Origin: Eledone cirrhosa
Taxonomy: Eukaryota
Direction of reading: 5' to 3'
Assembly (NCBI GenBank): GCA_964016885.1
Contig: OZ024743.1
Coordinates: 297,662,001 to 297,726,000 of the forward strand
Length of the DNA stretch: 64,000 nt
The notes under the pieces are model-generated. The model was not told the DNA's origin and did not search any database. It saw nothing but the letters and a program-made list of their open reading frames with translations. Numbering within the stretch: the first letter of the stretch is position 1; each line of letters opens with the position of its first letter. The translations under genes and the position numbers were made by a program. Shown one piece after another: positions 37,701 through 46,667 of the stretch.

Positions 37701-38125
37701 CAGTCGCCCACTAACACTAAAGAGCGGGACGTTCCAAGAAAGGTCTCCAGACGCCGGAAGAAATCAGGCCGCCCTGCTCCTGTCGGGGCATAGACGGCCA
37801 CTAGCCTGAAAGCTTGCCCGTCTCCGCTGGTCACGTCCAGCACCACCAGCTTACCCTCTGGGTCCAGGAAGATGGCCCGTATGGCGAGATCCAAACCTCT
37901 CCGAAAAAGCACAGCAACTCCTCCACCCGATCCAGGACGGCTGGGAGATGCGTACACATCGTAGCCGCCGAAGATCGGTGCGAAGGCCCGTGCTTCGGAG
38001 ATTCTGGTCTCGCTGATGGCCACTACATCTATGTTTGGTGACCTGAGGTCGTTGAGCAGGTGACCCTGCTTCCATGACGACCCCAAGCCACGCGCATTTA
38101 TGCTGCCTATTCTGAGTGAGGTCAT
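34706..38125 (-). CDS. Tx1 ORF2p: APE endonuclease + reverse transcriptase (1139 aa)
   Basis: GSINARG, ISETR, VYAP, GDWN, SYLDR, YTDH; GPGYWKLN; KSPGLDG, FRPITLLN, DQSKAFDRV, QGCPLS, YADD; CPRC..ETVLHALVQC. Confidence 0.95.
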   Translation of the reverse strand: MTSLRIGSINARGLGSSWKQGHLLNDLRSPNIDVVAISETRISEARAFAPIFGGYDVYASPSRPGSGGGVAVLFRRGLDLAIRAIFLDPEGKLVVLDVTSGDGQAFRLVAVYAPTGAGRPDFFRRLETFLGTSRSLVLVGDWNGILDARWDCVGLADRGGGCKSLTNLLRRFELSDRYRLDFPNVPMWTWTNRIGSSRSYLDRVFCREIDRSSIACPQFKIVSYTDHKFVICVLDLDRLHRRGPGYWKLNASLPARKAYRDRISELVKRALTGAIVNNKWWFALKRAIRIESIRFSKALAIEKNRAEGELVRKLDEALSKGIATDVLAAKLALDQFFNAKHEGCVVRARVRALRHEGTKAVEWARVAEARRGNKATIRSLVDHDGRMLLDPGQMCEAFQRHFAQLFGGSGGPGRGMDFSVYLDGLPRLSATEAKCCEKPITAAEVREAMTGCTRGKSPGLDGLPYELYVQMPDLFGGLLADVYCNWQQNGRIPSSVSRGAVALLRKDPNKGDNIDNFRPITLLNTEFKILAKVLAKRLALVVGGLVGEAQTCAIPDRSIHDNLHLMRYIVERVAREPGTGGSLINLDQSKAFDRVDHRYLAAVLRAAGFGPVFRGWIAAMHSDICSVVRVNGHLSEPFNIMRSVRQGCPLSSLLYVLTLEPLLHKLETLRGVPRELGCGRSVSAYADDVTVVVSNAKHIEAIGTTLREYEAVTGAMINQEKSVGLQLGTWRGRSMPSNSVVGRWTDGPVKLLGVWFGPDLQTDKNWDEVTSRVASLTQKWAERKLSLKGRAEVANAYIASVICYRLTVVPCPKPRLTALERLLFRFLWKGRAPMVRRSICCQHPLRGGLGMPWLMMRRHALRLRHLHLFLDGDQVWSPFARRVFPQLVSLTELQSWVKRRPRGSAWRLECLQALTALDQSGNVIGGNSTSAFYRGLVEGKSDDVLGETLGVDENQLANLFGRTFGPGPMDNFQKSLAWQCYRGALPVRDKLYRHGGAVSRACPRCAQGDETVLHALVQCPKIADLWVYVEHLLSRLGRIQLSSESIVRIAPPSSFSREGQAVFICLVAMAKEIVWWTRLKGLKTSTYLFGDALIDFFKFHLKRKIRVEKEVLSSQHFVERWVREARMARVNGPTLSIYL

Positions 38126-38159
38126 GTTTAAATAGAGTGGAAAAGATGGGAAAGACCAC

Positions 38160-40253
38160 TTACCGTACTTTTGGTAGAGGAGGGATGGTTTTTACATCCC
38201 TTTTCACTTGATCGTCTGGTGAAGGGACCGTTGAATCGTCCCTTCGGCTGGTCGTCGGCTCTTCTAAGAGAATGTCTGAATATACTCTTCGATTGATGGT
38301 TCCTCCTAGGTCCCTGAAATCACCAACTGCGTTGGGGAATTTCGTTTTAATGTTTGTGTATTGTTTCTGTGCTATTTTTAGCAGTCTTATGTTAGTTGGC
38401 GTTTTGATTGGTGCTGGTATTATGTAGTCCTGTTGTGAAATGTCTGTGTGTTCAATTATGTAAGTCATTAGTTTCTTGTTGTGTGTGTTTATTGCCGTGC
38501 ATTTGTTTTTCTGGGGGTGGGGTGTGGTTCTGCTATTTTCTTGTCGTTGTTGCTGGGTGTGTGTGTTTTGTTGTTGTGTTTGCGATGTTGGTGCTTGTGG
38601 TGGTGGTGTTGAAGGTGTTGTTGGCGGTGGGGTTGTCGCCGGTAGTGATGGTGGTGCTGGTGTGGGTGGTGATGGTGTTGGTGGTGTTGCTGCTGTGGGT
38701 CTCTTTGCAGTAGACTTTACCCTTTTCTCATTTCTTTCCTCCCTTTTCAAAGGCGACGATGCGCTGCTTCTGCGTTTGTGCCTTCTTGCGACCTTTTGCC
38801 ATCCCTCTCCCACCTCACACTCCATGTCTGATTCTGTAAGGTCGGGGAGGGGTACCAGCTCCACTCTTTCACTTGTTGTTGTTGGTGATGTTTGCACTGG
38901 AGTCTCTGTTGCAGCTGCATTTGGTATTGCTGTTGTTGTTGTTAATATTTCCACTGCTGCTGCTGTCTTTGATTTCCGTGGAGTGGGTATGGGTGCCACG
39001 GACCTATCGTTCCTGGTTGCCGCTTGTCCTGTTGCTGGTAGCCGTGGAGCCGGATTCGGAAGGAGGGGGGTTTTCTCCTTTCTCAGGGTCTTCTCGTTGC
39101 AGAAGGCCCTGAGGTGAGTCTTCGATCCACAGCGAAAGCATTTCGGGCGTTTGCCCTCAACACTTATGGGCAGTTGAGTGCCGTTATCGAAGTCTATCAC
39201 ATCCGGGATAGCTTCGATGCACTCCTGGTTGGTTTGGATTAGCATCTCAATGGAGGAGCCGACCCAATCTTCTCTTACTTTTTTCTGTACTTGCAGTACA
39301 GTTGTTTTGTCCTCGATTCCGACGAGGACAGACGCGGCCAGCCAAGAAGGGGTCATTCCGGGGGGGACGTGGGTCAGTTTGACCCTCACAATTTTTTGCC
39401 CGCAGTAGGAGGGCACCAACACCATTTCCTCGCTCCTTAGGGTCACTACTGATTGGGCCTTTGCTTCCTGGGGTGTGGCAAAAAGTACGTCTACGGTGGC
39501 GTATTTTTTGCCTCGGGTGATGTGCGTTTTCCTCTGCCACACAGACCCCAAGGCTTTTTGTATTTGGGCCTCTGTGGCTCTTTCCACCCTACGGGATTTT
39601 GTACTTACTGTACGGTACGTGACCGTACAGTGCTCTTGGGTTTCGAAAAAATTTTTCGCTGCCTTGCAGATTGCTCGGTGTCCGTTCTTTGTCACCATCT
39701 TCTTCGCTTCCTCTAATTCCTCATTTGTTATGAGGATTGTTTCCAAGTTTTTCGCAATACCTGCAAATGAGATTGGTTTTTCTCTGCTGTTGTTGTTGTC
39801 GTCAGAGCTGCTGGTACTTTTGTTGCTGCAGGTACTACGACTACTGCCTCCGCCGCTGTTGCTGTGGTTGTTGTTGGTGTTGCTGCTGCTAATGCTGTTG
39901 TTGTTTATGCTGCTGGTGATGCTGTTGCGGCTGCTACTGTTGTTTTCATTGTCACTGTTGCTGTTGTTATTACGGCTGCTACTGCTATTATTCCTGACGT
40001 CAGACGAATGAATTGGGTTTTCGTATTTCCCGCACACCTGTTTCGTCGCTGTCGTCGTCGTCGTGGAGAAACCTTGCACGCTTTGCACGAGACTTTTCTT
40101 TTCTTTCGTCGCTTGCGAAAGAGAAGGGAGGGAGAGAGACACATTTAAAGAAGGGAGGGAGAGAGACAATCTTCTCTCTGCTGTAGTGATGATTGAGGAA
40201 GAAGAAGACGGAATGAGTGGGAGTGACGTATGAAATTTCTTTTTGGTAGCCAT
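38160..40253 (-). CDS. Tx1 ORF1p: CCHC zinc-knuckle protein (~697 aa from the ATG at 40253)
   Basis: ATG in AAAAAAC-ATG-G context, Asn/Ser-rich region, SFAGIAK, CFRCGSKTHLRAFC, Pro/Thr-rich C-terminal half. Confidence 0.9.
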   Translation of the reverse strand: MATKKKFHTSLPLIPSSSSSIITTAERRLSLSLPSLNVSLSLPSLSQATKEKKSLVQSVQGFSTTTTTATKQVCGKYENPIHSSDVRNNSSSSRNNNSNSDNENNSSSRNSITSSINNNSISSSNTNNNHSNSGGGSSRSTCSNKSTSSSDDNNNSREKPISFAGIAKNLETILITNEELEEAKKMVTKNGHRAICKAAKNFFETQEHCTVTYRTVSTKSRRVERATEAQIQKALGSVWQRKTHITRGKKYATVDVLFATPQEAKAQSVVTLRSEEMVLVPSYCGQKIVRVKLTHVPPGMTPSWLAASVLVGIEDKTTVLQVQKKVREDWVGSSIEMLIQTNQECIEAIPDVIDFDNGTQLPISVEGKRPKCFRCGSKTHLRAFCNEKTLRKEKTPLLPNPAPRLPATGQAATRNDRSVAPIPTPRKSKTAAAVEILTTTTAIPNAAATETPVQTSPTTTSERVELVPLPDLTESDMECEVGEGWQKVARRHKRRSSASSPLKREERNEKRVKSTAKRPTAATPPTPSPPTPAPPSLPATTPPPTTPSTPPPQAPTSQTQQQNTHTQQQRQENSRTTPHPQKNKCTAINTHNKKLMTYIIEHTDISQQDYIIPAPIKTPTNIRLLKIAQKQYTNIKTKFPNAVGDFRDLGGTINRRVYSDILLEEPTTSRRDDSTVPSPDDQVKRDVKTIPPLPKVR

Positions 40254-40466
40254 GTTTTTTTGTTTAAAATGAAATTTTGGGTACAAAACCCCAACAACCG
40301 GTTATTCAACCCCGAAGGGCCAAATAACGGACAGAAAGACCCCTCTCACGAGGAGAAGGGTGTCCTTATCAACAATTTGGTTCAAGTTTCAAACAATTTA
40401 CAATTGTTTTAACGGTTAAAAACTACTATACCTTACAGAGCCGAGCCTCCGTCAACCATGGCATTC

Positions 40467-40520
<54 letters not shown>
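40467..40520. repeat. (AAT)18 spacer
   Basis: Direct reading. Confidence 0.95.
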
Positions 40521-40522
<2 letters not shown>

Positions 40523-40783
40523 TTTCTTTATTAACCACAAGGGTTTACATAAAGTGGACATTAAGGACAGTGCAGGACAATGCAGGACGGTACAAATGGG
40601 CATTTCTGCGTGTAAAAAAAACAAAAATAGAGGATGTAACAAAAATAACAATGAAAATAACAATGAAAAATTCCCCAATAGGGGGGAGACTTCGGAGGGA
40701 CATTTGTGGAGAAAGCCCAGTAAAAAGCCACAATGACCCTGACCACCAAGGCAAGTGCCCTCTCCCAGTTTTCCACCTTTAGT

Positions 40784-43700
40784 TTACAGATATATACTCA
40801 GAGTCGGCCCATTCACTCGGGCCATTCTTGCTTCTCTCACCCATCTTTCAACAAAATGCTGGGAAGAGAGCACTTCCTTCTCTACTCTGATTTTCCTTTT
40901 CAAATGAAATTTGAAAAAGTCAATCAGAGCATCACCGAAGAGGTAAGTGCTCGTCTTCAGCCCTTTCAAACGTGTCCACCATACTATCTCTTTCGCCATG
41001 GCCACCAGACAGATAAAAACTGCCTGCCCTTCCCGGCTAAAGGAGGAGGGCGGGGCAATCCTCACGATAGACTCAGATGATAGCTGGATCCGTCCTAAAC
41101 GCGACAGCAGGTGTTCGACATAAACCCACAAGTCAGCAATTTTCGGACACTGGACGAGTGCGTGCAGGACGGTTTCGTCGCCCTGCGCGCATCTCGGACA
41201 TGCCCGGCTGACGGCACCTCCATGCCTGTAGAGTTTATCCCGAACTGGCAAGGCTCCTCGGTAGCACTGCCAGGCCAGAGATTTCTGGAAGTTGTCCATA
41301 GGCCCTGGCCCGAAGGTTCTTCCGAAGAGATTGGCTAGTTGATTTTCGTCGACGCCTAGAGTTTCCCCAAGTACGTCGTCGCTCTTCCCCTCCACTAATC
41401 CTCTATAGAACGCCGAGGTGGAGTTTCCACCGATCACATTGCCCGATTGGTCGAGGGCTGTGAGCGCCTGAAGACATTCCAGTCTCCAGGCGCTCCCTCT
41501 CGGTCTTCGCTTGACCCAGGACTGCAGCTCCGTCAAGGAAACGAGCTGGGGAAAAACGCGTCTAGCAAACGGCGACCACACCTGATCACCGTCGAGGAAG
41601 AGGTGGAGATGTCGTAGCCTGAGCGCGTGCCTGCGCATCATCAGCCACGGCATGCCCAGCCCTCCACGTAGCGGGTGTTGACAACAGATGGACCGCCTGA
41701 CCATCGGAGCACGTCCCTTCCACAAAAAGCGAAAGAGCAAACGCTCCAGCGCAGTCAGGCGAGGCTTAGGACAAGGTACGACGGTTAGGCGGTAGCAGAT
41801 GACAGACGCGATGTACGCGTTAGCCACCTCCGCTCGACCTTTCAGGGATAGCTTCCTCTCCGCCCATTTCTGGGTGAGAGAAGCCACCCTGCTCGTCACC
41901 TCGTCCCAGTTTTTGTCCGTCTGGAGGTCCGGACCGAACCAGACCCCTAGCAATTTAACCGGTCCGTCCGTCCAGCGCCCGACGACGCTGTTGGACGGCA
42001 TGGACCTGCCTCTCCAGGTGCCGAGCTGCAGGCCCACTGACTTTTCCTGGTTGATCATTGCTCCTGTCACCGCTTCGTATTCTCTTAGTGTAGTGCCGAT
42101 CGCCTCGATGTGTTTGGCGTTCGACACCACTACGGTGACATCGTCCGCATATGCTGACACGGATCTTCCGCATCCTAGTTCGCGCGGGACTCCCCTCAAC
42201 GTCTCCAGTTTGTGCAGTAATGGCTCGAGAGTCAATACGTACAAGAGGGACGAGAGGGGACATCCTTGGCGGACCGAGCGCATGATGTTGAACGGTTCCG
42301 ACAGGTGACCGTTCACTCTCACCACAGAGCAGATGTCGCTGTGCATGGCAGCGATCCAGCCTCTGAAGACGGGCCCAAAGCCAGCCGCCCTCAGGACTGC
42401 CGCTAGGTAACGATGGTCGACCCTATCGAAAGCTTTCGACTGATCTAAATTGATCAAGGACCCACCCGTGCCAGGTTCCCTAGCTACCCTCTCTACGATG
42501 TATCGCATGAGGTGGAGGTTGTCGTGGATGGATCTGTCGGGAATGGCGCATGTCTGCGCCTCTCCCACCAGACCACCAACGACAAGCGCCAACCTCTTTG
42601 CTAGCACCTTGGCCAAAATCTTAAACTCTGTGTTTAGCAGAGTTATGGGCCGGAAATTGTCTATGTTATCCCCCTTGTTCGGATCCTTTCTCAGCAGTGC
42701 CACCGCTCCTCGGCTCACAGAACTGGGAATTCTCCCGTTCTGTTGCCAGTTGCAGTAGACGTCCGCCAAGAGGCCTCCGAACAAGTCTGGCATCTGTACG
42801 TAAAGTTCATAGGGCAGACCATCCAAACCAGGCGATTTACCCCTTGTGCAGCCAGTCATTGCCTCCCTTACTTCAGCGGCTGTTATCGGCTTTTCGCAAC
42901 ACTTCGCCTCAGTGGCCGAGAGCCGCGGCAGTCCGTCGAGGTAGACACTAAAGTCCATCCCTCTACCCGGCCCCCCGCTGCCCCCGAACAGCTGAGCGAA
43001 GTGTCGCTGAAAAGCTTCACACATTTGCCCGGGATCGAGTAGCATGCGCCCGTCGTGGTCCACCAAAGACCGGATCGTGGCTTTGTTGCCACGACGCGCC
43101 TCCGCCACTCGGGCCCATTGAACGGCTTTCGTCCCCTCGTGTCTGAGAGCACGCACCCTAGCTCTGACAACGCAGCCTTCGTGCTTTGCATTGAAGAATT
43201 GGTCAAGGGCCAATTTCGCCGCAAGCACGTCGGTCGCAATGCCTTTGCTAAGCGCCTCGTCTAATTTTCTAACTAGTTCTCCCTCTGCTCTATTTTTCTC
43301 TATTGCTAAAGCCTTACTAAACCTAATCGATTCTATTCTAATCGCTCTTTTCAGAGCAAACCACCACTTGTTGTTGACGATGGCCCCCGTCAACGCCCGC
43401 TTAACTAGTTCGCTAATCCGGTCTCTGTAGGCCTTGCGCGCTGGTAAGGACGCGTTTAGCTTCCAGTAGCCGGGTCCTCGTCTATGAAGCCTATCTAAGT
43501 CAAGCACACAGATCACGAATTTGTGGTCCGTGTAGCTGACTATCTTGAATTGTGGACAGCCTATGCTAGACCTATCTATTTCCCTACAAAATACTCTATC
43601 TAGATATGATCTGGATGACCCTATGCGGTTTGTCCAAGTCCACATTGGCACATTCGGGAAATCCAATCGGTACCTGTCAGACAGTTCAAAACGCCTGAGC

Positions 43701-44203
43701 AGGTTGGTGAGGCTCTTGCACCCTCCACCCCTATCCGCTAATCCCACACAGTCCCAGCGTGCATCTAAGATCCCGTTCCAGTCGCCCACTAACACTAAAG
43801 AGCGCGACGTTCCAAGAAAGGTCTCCAGACGCCGGAAGAAATCAGGCCGCCCTGCTCCTGTCGGGGCATAGACGGCCACTAGCCTGAAAGCTTGCCCGTC
43901 TCCGCTGGTCACGTCCAGCACCACCAGCTTACCCTCTGGGTCCAGGAAGATGGCCCGTATGGCGAGATCCAAACCTCTCCGAAAAAGCACAGCAACTCCT
44001 CCACCCGATCCAGGACGGCTGGGAGATGCGTACACATCGTAGCCGCCGAAGATCGGTGCGAAGGCCCGTGCTTCGGAGATTCTGGTCTCGCTGATGGCCA
44101 CTACATCTATGTTTAGTGACCTGAGGTCGTTGAGCAGGTGACCCTGCTTCCATGACGACCCCAAGCCACGCGCATTTATGCTGCCTATTCTGAGTGAGGT
44201 CAT
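40784..44203 (-). CDS. Tx1 ORF2p: APE endonuclease + reverse transcriptase (1139 aa)
   Basis: Same motifs as copy 6. Confidence 0.95.
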   Translation of the reverse strand: MTSLRIGSINARGLGSSWKQGHLLNDLRSLNIDVVAISETRISEARAFAPIFGGYDVYASPSRPGSGGGVAVLFRRGLDLAIRAIFLDPEGKLVVLDVTSGDGQAFRLVAVYAPTGAGRPDFFRRLETFLGTSRSLVLVGDWNGILDARWDCVGLADRGGGCKSLTNLLRRFELSDRYRLDFPNVPMWTWTNRIGSSRSYLDRVFCREIDRSSIGCPQFKIVSYTDHKFVICVLDLDRLHRRGPGYWKLNASLPARKAYRDRISELVKRALTGAIVNNKWWFALKRAIRIESIRFSKALAIEKNRAEGELVRKLDEALSKGIATDVLAAKLALDQFFNAKHEGCVVRARVRALRHEGTKAVQWARVAEARRGNKATIRSLVDHDGRMLLDPGQMCEAFQRHFAQLFGGSGGPGRGMDFSVYLDGLPRLSATEAKCCEKPITAAEVREAMTGCTRGKSPGLDGLPYELYVQMPDLFGGLLADVYCNWQQNGRIPSSVSRGAVALLRKDPNKGDNIDNFRPITLLNTEFKILAKVLAKRLALVVGGLVGEAQTCAIPDRSIHDNLHLMRYIVERVAREPGTGGSLINLDQSKAFDRVDHRYLAAVLRAAGFGPVFRGWIAAMHSDICSVVRVNGHLSEPFNIMRSVRQGCPLSSLLYVLTLEPLLHKLETLRGVPRELGCGRSVSAYADDVTVVVSNAKHIEAIGTTLREYEAVTGAMINQEKSVGLQLGTWRGRSMPSNSVVGRWTDGPVKLLGVWFGPDLQTDKNWDEVTSRVASLTQKWAERKLSLKGRAEVANAYIASVICYRLTVVPCPKPRLTALERLLFRFLWKGRAPMVRRSICCQHPLRGGLGMPWLMMRRHALRLRHLHLFLDGDQVWSPFARRVFPQLVSLTELQSWVKRRPRGSAWRLECLQALTALDQSGNVIGGNSTSAFYRGLVEGKSDDVLGETLGVDENQLANLFGRTFGPGPMDNFQKSLAWQCYRGALPVRDKLYRHGGAVSRACPRCAQGDETVLHALVQCPKIADLWVYVEHLLSRLGRIQLSSESIVRIAPPSSFSREGQAVFICLVAMAKEIVWWTRLKGLKTSTYLFGDALIDFFKFHLKRKIRVEKEVLSSQHFVERWVREARMARVNGPTLSIYL

Positions 44204-44238
44204 GTTTAAAATAGAGTGGAAAAGATGGGAAAGACCAC

Positions 44239-46332
44239 TTACCGTATTTTTGGTAGAGGAGGGATGGTTTTTACATCCCTTTTCACTTGATCGTCTGGTG
44301 AAGGGACCGTTGAATCGTCCCTTCGGCTGGTCGTCGGCTCTTCTAAGAGAATGTCTGAATATACTCTTCGATTAATGGTTCCTCCTAGGTCCCTGAAATC
44401 ACCAACTGCGTTGGGGAATTTCGTTTTAATGTTTGTGTATTGTTTCTGTGCTATTTTTAGCAGTCTTATGTTAGTTGGCGTTTTGATTGGTGCTGGTATT
44501 ATGTAGTCCTGTTGTGAAATGTCTGTGTGTTCAATTATGTAAGTCATTAGTTTCTTGTTGTGTGTGTTTATTGCCGTGCATTTGTTTTTCTGGGGGTGGG
44601 GTGTGGTTCTGCTATTTTCTTGTCGTTGTTGCTGGGTGTGTGTGTTTTGTTGTTGTGTTTGCGATGTTGGTGCTTGTGGTGGTGGTGTTGAAGGTGTTGT
44701 TGGCGGTGGGGTTGTCGCCGGTAGTGATGGTGGTGCTGGTGTGGGTGGTGATGGTGTTGGTGGTGTTGCTGCTGTGGGTCTCTTTGCAGTAGACTTTACC
44801 CTTTTCTCATTTCTTTCCTCCCTTTTCAAAGGCGACGATGCGCTGCTTCTGCGTTTGTGCCTTCTTGCGACCTTTTGCCATCCCTCTCCCACCTCACACT
44901 CCATGTCTGATTCTGTAAGGTCGGGGAGGGGTACCAGCTCCACTCTTTCACTTGTTGTTGTTGGTGATGTTTGCACTGGAGTCTCTGTTGCAGCTGCATT
45001 TGGTATTGCTGTTGTTGTTGTTAATATTTCCACTGCTGCTGCTGTCTTTGATTTCCGTGGAGTGGGTATGGGTGCCACGGACCTATCGTTCCTGGTTGCC
45101 GCTTGTCCTGTTGCTGGTAGCCGTGGAGCCGGATTCGGAAGGAGGGGGGTTTTCTCCTTTCTCAGGGTCTTCTCGTTGCAGAAGGCCCTGAGGTGAGTCT
45201 TCGATCCACAGCGAAAGCATTTCGGGCGTTTGCCCTCAACACTTATGGGCAGTTGAGTGCCGTTATCGAAGTCTATCACATCCGGGATAGCTTCGATGCA
45301 CTCCTGGTTGGTTTGGATTAGCATCTCAATGGAGGAGCCGACCCAATCTTCTCTTACTTTTTTCTGTACTTGCAGTACAGTTGTTTTGTCCTCGATTCCG
45401 ACGAGGACAGACGCGGCCAGCCAAGAAGGGGTCATTCCGGGGGGGACGTGGGTCAGTTTGACCCTCACAATTTTTTGCCCGCAGTAGGAGGGCACCAACA
45501 CCATTTCCTCGCTCCTTAGGGTCACTACTGATTGGGCCTTTGCTTCCTGGGGTGTGGCAAAAAGTACGTCTACGGTGGCGTATTTTTTGCCTCGGGTGAT
45601 GTGCGTTTTCCTCTGCCACACAGACCCCAAGGCTTTTTGTATTTGGGCCTCTGTGGCTCTTTCCACCCTACGGGATTTTGTACTTACTGTACGGTACGTG
45701 ACCGTACAGTGCTCTTGGGTTTCGAAAAAATTTTTCGCTGCCTTGCAGATTGCTCGGTGTCCGTTCTTTGTCACCATCTTCTTCGCTTCCTCTAATTCCT
45801 CATTTGTTATGAGGATTGTTTCCAAGTTTTTCGCAATACCTGCAAATGAGATTGGTTTTTCTCTGCTGTTGTTGTTGTCGTCAGAGCTGCTGGTACTTTT
45901 GTTGCTGCAGGTACTACGACTACTGCCTCCGCCGCTGTTGCTGTGGTTGTTGTTGGTGTTGCTGCTGCTAATGCTGTTGTTGTTTATGCTGCTGGTGATG
46001 CTGTTGCGGCTGCTACTGTTGTTTTCATTGTCACTGTTGCTGTTGTTATTACGGCTGCTACTGCTATTATTCCTGACGTCAGACGAATGAATTGGGTTTT
46101 CGTATTTCCCGCACACCTGTTTCGTCGCTGTCGTCGTCGTCGTGGAGAAACCTTGCACGCTTTGCACGAGACTTTTCTTTTCTTTCGTCGCTTGCGAAAG
46201 AGAAGGGAGGGAGAGAGACACATTTAAAGAAGGGAGGGAGAGAGACAATCTTCTCTCTGCTGTAGTGATGATTGAGGAAGAAGAAGACGGAATGAGTGGG
46301 AGTGACGTATGAAATTTCTTTTTGGTAGCCAT
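44239..46332 (-). CDS. Tx1 ORF1p: CCHC zinc-knuckle protein
   Basis: Same as copy 6; ATG at 46332. Confidence 0.9.
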   Translation of the reverse strand: MATKKKFHTSLPLIPSSSSSIITTAERRLSLSLPSLNVSLSLPSLSQATKEKKSLVQSVQGFSTTTTTATKQVCGKYENPIHSSDVRNNSSSSRNNNSNSDNENNSSSRNSITSSINNNSISSSNTNNNHSNSGGGSSRSTCSNKSTSSSDDNNNSREKPISFAGIAKNLETILITNEELEEAKKMVTKNGHRAICKAAKNFFETQEHCTVTYRTVSTKSRRVERATEAQIQKALGSVWQRKTHITRGKKYATVDVLFATPQEAKAQSVVTLRSEEMVLVPSYCGQKIVRVKLTHVPPGMTPSWLAASVLVGIEDKTTVLQVQKKVREDWVGSSIEMLIQTNQECIEAIPDVIDFDNGTQLPISVEGKRPKCFRCGSKTHLRAFCNEKTLRKEKTPLLPNPAPRLPATGQAATRNDRSVAPIPTPRKSKTAAAVEILTTTTAIPNAAATETPVQTSPTTTSERVELVPLPDLTESDMECEVGEGWQKVARRHKRRSSASSPLKREERNEKRVKSTAKRPTAATPPTPSPPTPAPPSLPATTPPPTTPSTPPPQAPTSQTQQQNTHTQQQRQENSRTTPHPQKNKCTAINTHNKKLMTYIIEHTDISQQDYIIPAPIKTPTNIRLLKIAQKQYTNIKTKFPNAVGDFRDLGGTINRRVYSDILLEEPTTSRRDDSTVPSPDDQVKRDVKTIPPLPKIR

Positions 46333-46545
46333 GTTTTTTTGTTTAAAATGAAATTTTGGGTACAAAACCCCAACAACCGGTTATTCAACCCCGAAGGGCC
46401 AAATAACGGACAGAAAGACCCCTCTCACGAGGAGAAGGGTGTCCTTATCAACAATTTGGTTCAAGTTTCAAACAATTTACAATTGTTTTAACGGTTAAAA
46501 ACTACTATACCTTACAGAGCCGAGCCTCCGTCAACCATGGCATTC

Positions 46546-46610
<65 letters not shown>
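46546..46610. repeat. (AAT)n spacer, the longest in the array
   Basis: Direct reading. Confidence 0.95.
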
Positions 46611-46613
<3 letters not shown>

Positions 46614-46667
46614 GTAATGATAAAAAAAATAATAATGTTTGAAACAGGAAATCAACGGGCAGAGATA

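Larger units (their letters stand above)
34444..40466 (-). mobile_element. Tx1-type copy 6 (lineage B), intact, ~6.0 kb
   Basis: Both ORFs open, complete UTRs, (AAT)n on both sides. Confidence 0.97.
40521..46545 (-). mobile_element. Tx1-type copy 7 (lineage B), intact, ~6.0 kb
   Basis: Both ORFs open; near-identical to copy 6. Confidence 0.97.

Noticed and set aside
14501-46227. Recurrent plus-strand ORFs opposite Tx1 ORF1 and ORF2 (e.g. MTDAMYALATS..., Leu/Val-rich 178-213 aa)
   Set aside because: Antisense shadows of GC-rich or trinucleotide-rich coding sequence. They recur only because the element is repeated, and they have no independent motifs.
34444-46545. Pure assembly duplication of one element
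   Set aside because: The copies differ by SNPs, small indels and four visible amino acids and have different spacer lengths. A haplotype artefact is not fully excluded without reads.
19656-46610. CRISPR-like repeat-spacer array, or a prokaryotic RT system (retron, DGR, group II intron)
   Set aside because: The repeats are simple trinucleotides of variable length, the 'spacers' are kb-sized LINEs, and the RTs carry APE or RLE domains of eukaryotic non-LTR elements.
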